This document shows, in pieces, positions 61,097 to 64,000 of a stretch of DNA of 64,000 nucleotides (positions within the stretch are counted from its first letter, which is position 1; every line of letters begins with the position of its first letter). The stretch is taken from contig JAVRCJ020000016.1 in NCBI GenBank assembly GCA_034530875.2, positions 131,984-195,983 of the forward strand, read 5' to 3'. The stretch comes from Nostoc sp. DedSLP01. Its GTDB lineage: Bacteria; Cyanobacteriota; Cyanobacteriia; Cyanobacteriales; Nostocaceae. The position numbers were made by a program, and so were the translations under genes. The notes below the pieces were generated by a model. That model was not told the DNA's origin and ran no database searches. It saw nothing but the letters and a program-made list of their open reading frames with translations.

Positions 61097-62361
61097 GTCA
61101 ACCTCGTTAAGGGAATACTAACTATAATTTGGCAACCATAACCAGGAGTAGTATTAATATTAAATTCACCTCCAAGTGCAAAAGTGCGATCGCGCATACT
61201 ATGAAGTCCAAAACCAGTAGTATTTTGCGTTAAATCAAAGCCTCTACCATTATCCTCAATTATCAATCGTAAATCGCTTTTAATAGTAGTTAGTTTGATT
61301 TTTACCTCTGTTGCAAATGCATATTTAGAAATATTTGTCAAAGATTCTTGAGTAATCCGATAAATTGCTGTATTGATTTCAGGTGGTAAAGAATATTCCA
61401 GATTAATTTGATAAATTGGGAGAATACCATTTGAGCGATGAAAATCTTCTGCAAGATTAGCGATAGCACGTTCTAAAGATTGCTCTTGTAAAGGATTGGA
61501 ACGCATAGTTGAAACAGATTGACGAACATCATTGAGGGCTTTTGAACCTAATTCCTTTGCCGTTGCTAGAAATGTCTCAGCCTTGACTGGATTAGATTGC
61601 CAAAGTTTTAAAGCAGTTTCTAATTGTAGATTTAAAGCAGTTAAAGAGTGTCCTAAGGAATCATGAATTTCACGAGCAATGCGGTTTCGTTCTTCTAAGG
61701 TAGCTTGATTTTCAATTCGCATAGCATACTGGCGAAGTTTTTCGTTAGCAATAGCTAATTTTTCCCGGCTGTACCGTTCAGATAATATAGCATTCATCAT
61801 TAACAGTACAAAAACTAAACTCAAGGCAAATACCAACGACCAATTCAAGCTCAAAAATCGAAAACGTTCTTGAGCCTGTGGTGGAGATTGAATACTAAAT
61901 AACTGATATTTTAATTGTGTAGTCAGCAGAAATAAAGTAAACGATAAACTTGTAATAAATAAACGCCCAGGTAACTGGAAGATTAGACAACTACGAGTCA
62001 CTAAAATTATGTAAAGCAGCGGAAAAAGCCGAGAAAATCTCTCACCCAAAAGTCCAGTCAACAAAATCAAGATAATTTGAGCAATTGTATATATAAACTT
62101 ACTTTTGAAGTTATTTTTTGGTAGCCATAAACCCATTAAACCAAAAATAATCAGACTATAAATTGATAATTCTGGCAACAGACTACAAATTGATAAATCT
62201 GGAAATGCACCACAAATTGATAGTTCTGGTGGTTTATGACGAAATCGCCTCAAAGGAGGTGGTATAACTGCTATCAAAGCAGTAATTGCTAGTAATATCC
62301 ACTCTAAATAAAGCAGAGATGGAAAAGGATGTTTTCTAATTTGAATTAGAGGATCGATCAT
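61093..62361 (-). CDS. Membrane sensor histidine kinase (HisKA_3)
   Basis: EERNRIAREIHDSLGH, QESLTN, DNGRGF, GFGL. Confidence 0.96.
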   Translation of the reverse strand: MIDPLIQIRKHPFPSLLYLEWILLAITALIAVIPPPLRRFRHKPPELSICGAFPDLSICSLLPELSIYSLIIFGLMGLWLPKNNFKSKFIYTIAQIILILLTGLLGERFSRLFPLLYIILVTRSCLIFQLPGRLFITSLSFTLFLLTTQLKYQLFSIQSPPQAQERFRFLSLNWSLVFALSLVFVLLMMNAILSERYSREKLAIANEKLRQYAMRIENQATLEERNRIAREIHDSLGHSLTALNLQLETALKLWQSNPVKAETFLATAKELGSKALNDVRQSVSTMRSNPLQEQSLERAIANLAEDFHRSNGILPIYQINLEYSLPPEINTAIYRITQESLTNISKYAFATEVKIKLTTIKSDLRLIIEDNGRGFDLTQNTTGFGLHSMRDRTFALGGEFNINTTPGYGCQIIVSIPLTRLT

Positions 62362-62377
62362 TGTAAACTCCTAATTC

Positions 62378-62433
62378 ACAGACGCGATTAATTGCGTCTC
62401 TAACTCTTGTACAGACGCGATTAATCGCGTCTC
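62378..62433. repeat. Two copies of a small palindromic dispersed repeat (AGACGCGATTAATxGCGTCT)
   Basis: Direct repeat of a hairpin unit. Confidence 0.75.
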
Positions 62434-62469
62434 TCCTATTATTGTGGGTCACATTTGTCAGAATTGAAT

Positions 62470-62485
62470 CATGACTTAAGTCATG
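62470..62485. promoter_or_regulatory. Putative response-regulator operator CATGACTTAAGTCATG
   Basis: Perfect 16-bp palindrome between the divergent kinase and Spy-like genes, with a weaker site 24 bp downstream. Confidence 0.6.
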
Positions 62486-62576
62486 GGTGTAATCGTGACT
62501 TTCTCCTCATGTGACTATTAAAGATAAATTCTTATGATGGTGGCATCCAACCAGGAAGAAACCACGAAATCGAATC

Positions 62577-63077
62577 ATGAAACTCAAAGCATTATCTTTA
62601 GTTGCTGGAGCGATCGCCTTAAGTTTAAGTGCAACCTCCTTTGCTGTTTTAGCTCAAACAGCTTCTCCTTCACCAGTGTTACTCGCACAAACTCCACAAA
62701 AAGCGAAGGGCCCTTGGGCAGATTTAGGACTAACTGATACACAAAAAAGTCAAATTCAGGCAATTCGCCAGGCTAGCCGCACCAAATTTGAAGCAGTTTT
62801 GACATCAGAACAAAAAGCAAAGTTACAAGCAGCCAAGCAAGCACGCCAAGCTCAGCGCCAAGCCGGTCAAGGTCAACGCCAAGCAGGTCAGCGCCGAGGT
62901 GGATGGAAGAATTTTGCTGACTTAAATCTGACTGAAGCACAAAAAACCCAAATCCGGCAAATCCGGGAATCAGAAAAACAACAGATTCAAGCACTTTTAA
63001 CCTCCGAGCAGCGGCAAAAACTAGAGCAATTACAGCAGAACTTCAAACAGCGCCGCCAACAACGCAATTCTCAATAA
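62577..63077 (+). CDS. Spy/CpxP-family periplasmic chaperone
   Basis: Signal peptide and repeated LTxxQK / LTSEQ motifs. Confidence 0.9.
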   Translation: MKLKALSLVAGAIALSLSATSFAVLAQTASPSPVLLAQTPQKAKGPWADLGLTDTQKSQIQAIRQASRTKFEAVLTSEQKAKLQAAKQARQAQRQAGQGQRQAGQRRGGWKNFADLNLTEAQKTQIRQIRESEKQQIQALLTSEQRQKLEQLQQNFKQRRQQRNSQ

Positions 63078-63111
63078 CCTTGGATTTAAAAAAAACAGTT
63101 AATAGTTTGAG

Positions 63112-63669
63112 ATGGGCAATATTGCCCATCTCATTCCCAGAGAGATTATGATACAAACTTCTGCCGCTTCCTCAGATCTGCCTCTTCGCGCCCAAAAACT
63201 ATTAGATTTACTCGATCGCTTAACTGAAATACAAGGGAAAAATGTTTCTCCAATTGTCGAAATAGAAAAATTGCGTTCCCTCCCTGCTGGGACATTTGGC
63301 AGAAGTTGGGCAAATTTTATTGACGAAAACAACCTTACACCCTTCATCACAGGTAGCCGCCGCAAACAACTCCATGATGGGGTTCACGTTCTCACAGGTT
63401 ACAGCACAGATCCCATTGGGGAAGCAGAACTACAGGCATTTTTATTAGGTACAAAATTTACTATTACTAACTTTTTACTGGGGTTAGGATTTTTGCGAGT
63501 CATCCATAAAAACCTAAATTCTCAACAACAATTTAGCTGGGATAGACTCTGGCAAGCATATCAACGCGGTCTTCACTCCGAATTTGACCCAGATATTTGG
63601 CAACCGGAAAAACTGTGGCACTTACCCTTGACTAATGTCCAGGCACTTTTTTCCATAGCCAGCAATTAA
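63112..63669 (+). CDS. Coq4-like protein
   Basis: LRSLPAGTFG and the HDGVHVLTGY..D..GE motif. Confidence 0.8.
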   Translation: MGNIAHLIPREIMIQTSAASSDLPLRAQKLLDLLDRLTEIQGKNVSPIVEIEKLRSLPAGTFGRSWANFIDENNLTPFITGSRRKQLHDGVHVLTGYSTDPIGEAELQAFLLGTKFTITNFLLGLGFLRVIHKNLNSQQQFSWDRLWQAYQRGLHSEFDPDIWQPEKLWHLPLTNVQALFSIASN

Positions 63670-64000
63670 ACAGTTTTACTGACTTCTTGCAGAAGACGGG
63701 AAAGGAGAACAAATCCATCTCCTTTCCTTTTTCCTATTTTCACAAGCTCTATGTTTCACCATCAGAGCGTCTTTCTAGCGATTTTTATCCAATTTACAGC
63801 AATTTTCAGCTAAATAGACCACGTTGTAGGGGCTTTACAGCTAGCTGTGCATACGTATCAAATTAAACTCAAATGCTTATCCCACAGGCGTTTTACCCCA
63901 CCCCCAACCCCTCCCCTTGCCAAGGCTACGGTGTACACACAAGTCCAAGTAAAGTAATAAGAGCAAGAGTTGTGGGGAGTAAAAGGTGGTGAAAAATCCA

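Overview
AT-rich chromosomal window from a filamentous cyanobacterium, probably heterocystous (Nostocales-like). This is inferred from abundant HIP1 octamers GCGATCGC, heptamer STRR tandem repeats and many small MITE-like elements. The main signal is at 1-11.8 kb, a minus-strand peptide export/maturation locus. It holds a cNMP-domain C39-peptidase ABC transporter, HlyD, a PpiC-like protein, two RTX proteins and three unrelated double-glycine-leader peptides. One of these is a Nif11-leader precursor carrying three Q-x-x-Y-G motifs, like spliceotide (PcpA/PlpA3-type) precursors, and the first codons of a possible radical SAM splicease run off the left edge. Next come a GGDEF remnant, an orphan IucA/IucC siderophore synthetase, an RND pump with a divergent LysR, and a truncated IscB-like ORF ahead of a thiol dioxygenase / class II aldolase / nitroreductase / SDR operon. 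Then follow DAHP synthase, egtC, a triplicated RTX gene unit whose third copy is cut at a HIP1 site, glgP, fghA, a Wzx/Wzy exopolysaccharide cluster, and a NarL-type two-component system beside a Spy/CpxP-like gene. All calls come from motif reading and recalled family knowledge; no searches were run. No rRNA, tRNA or CRISPR array was seen.
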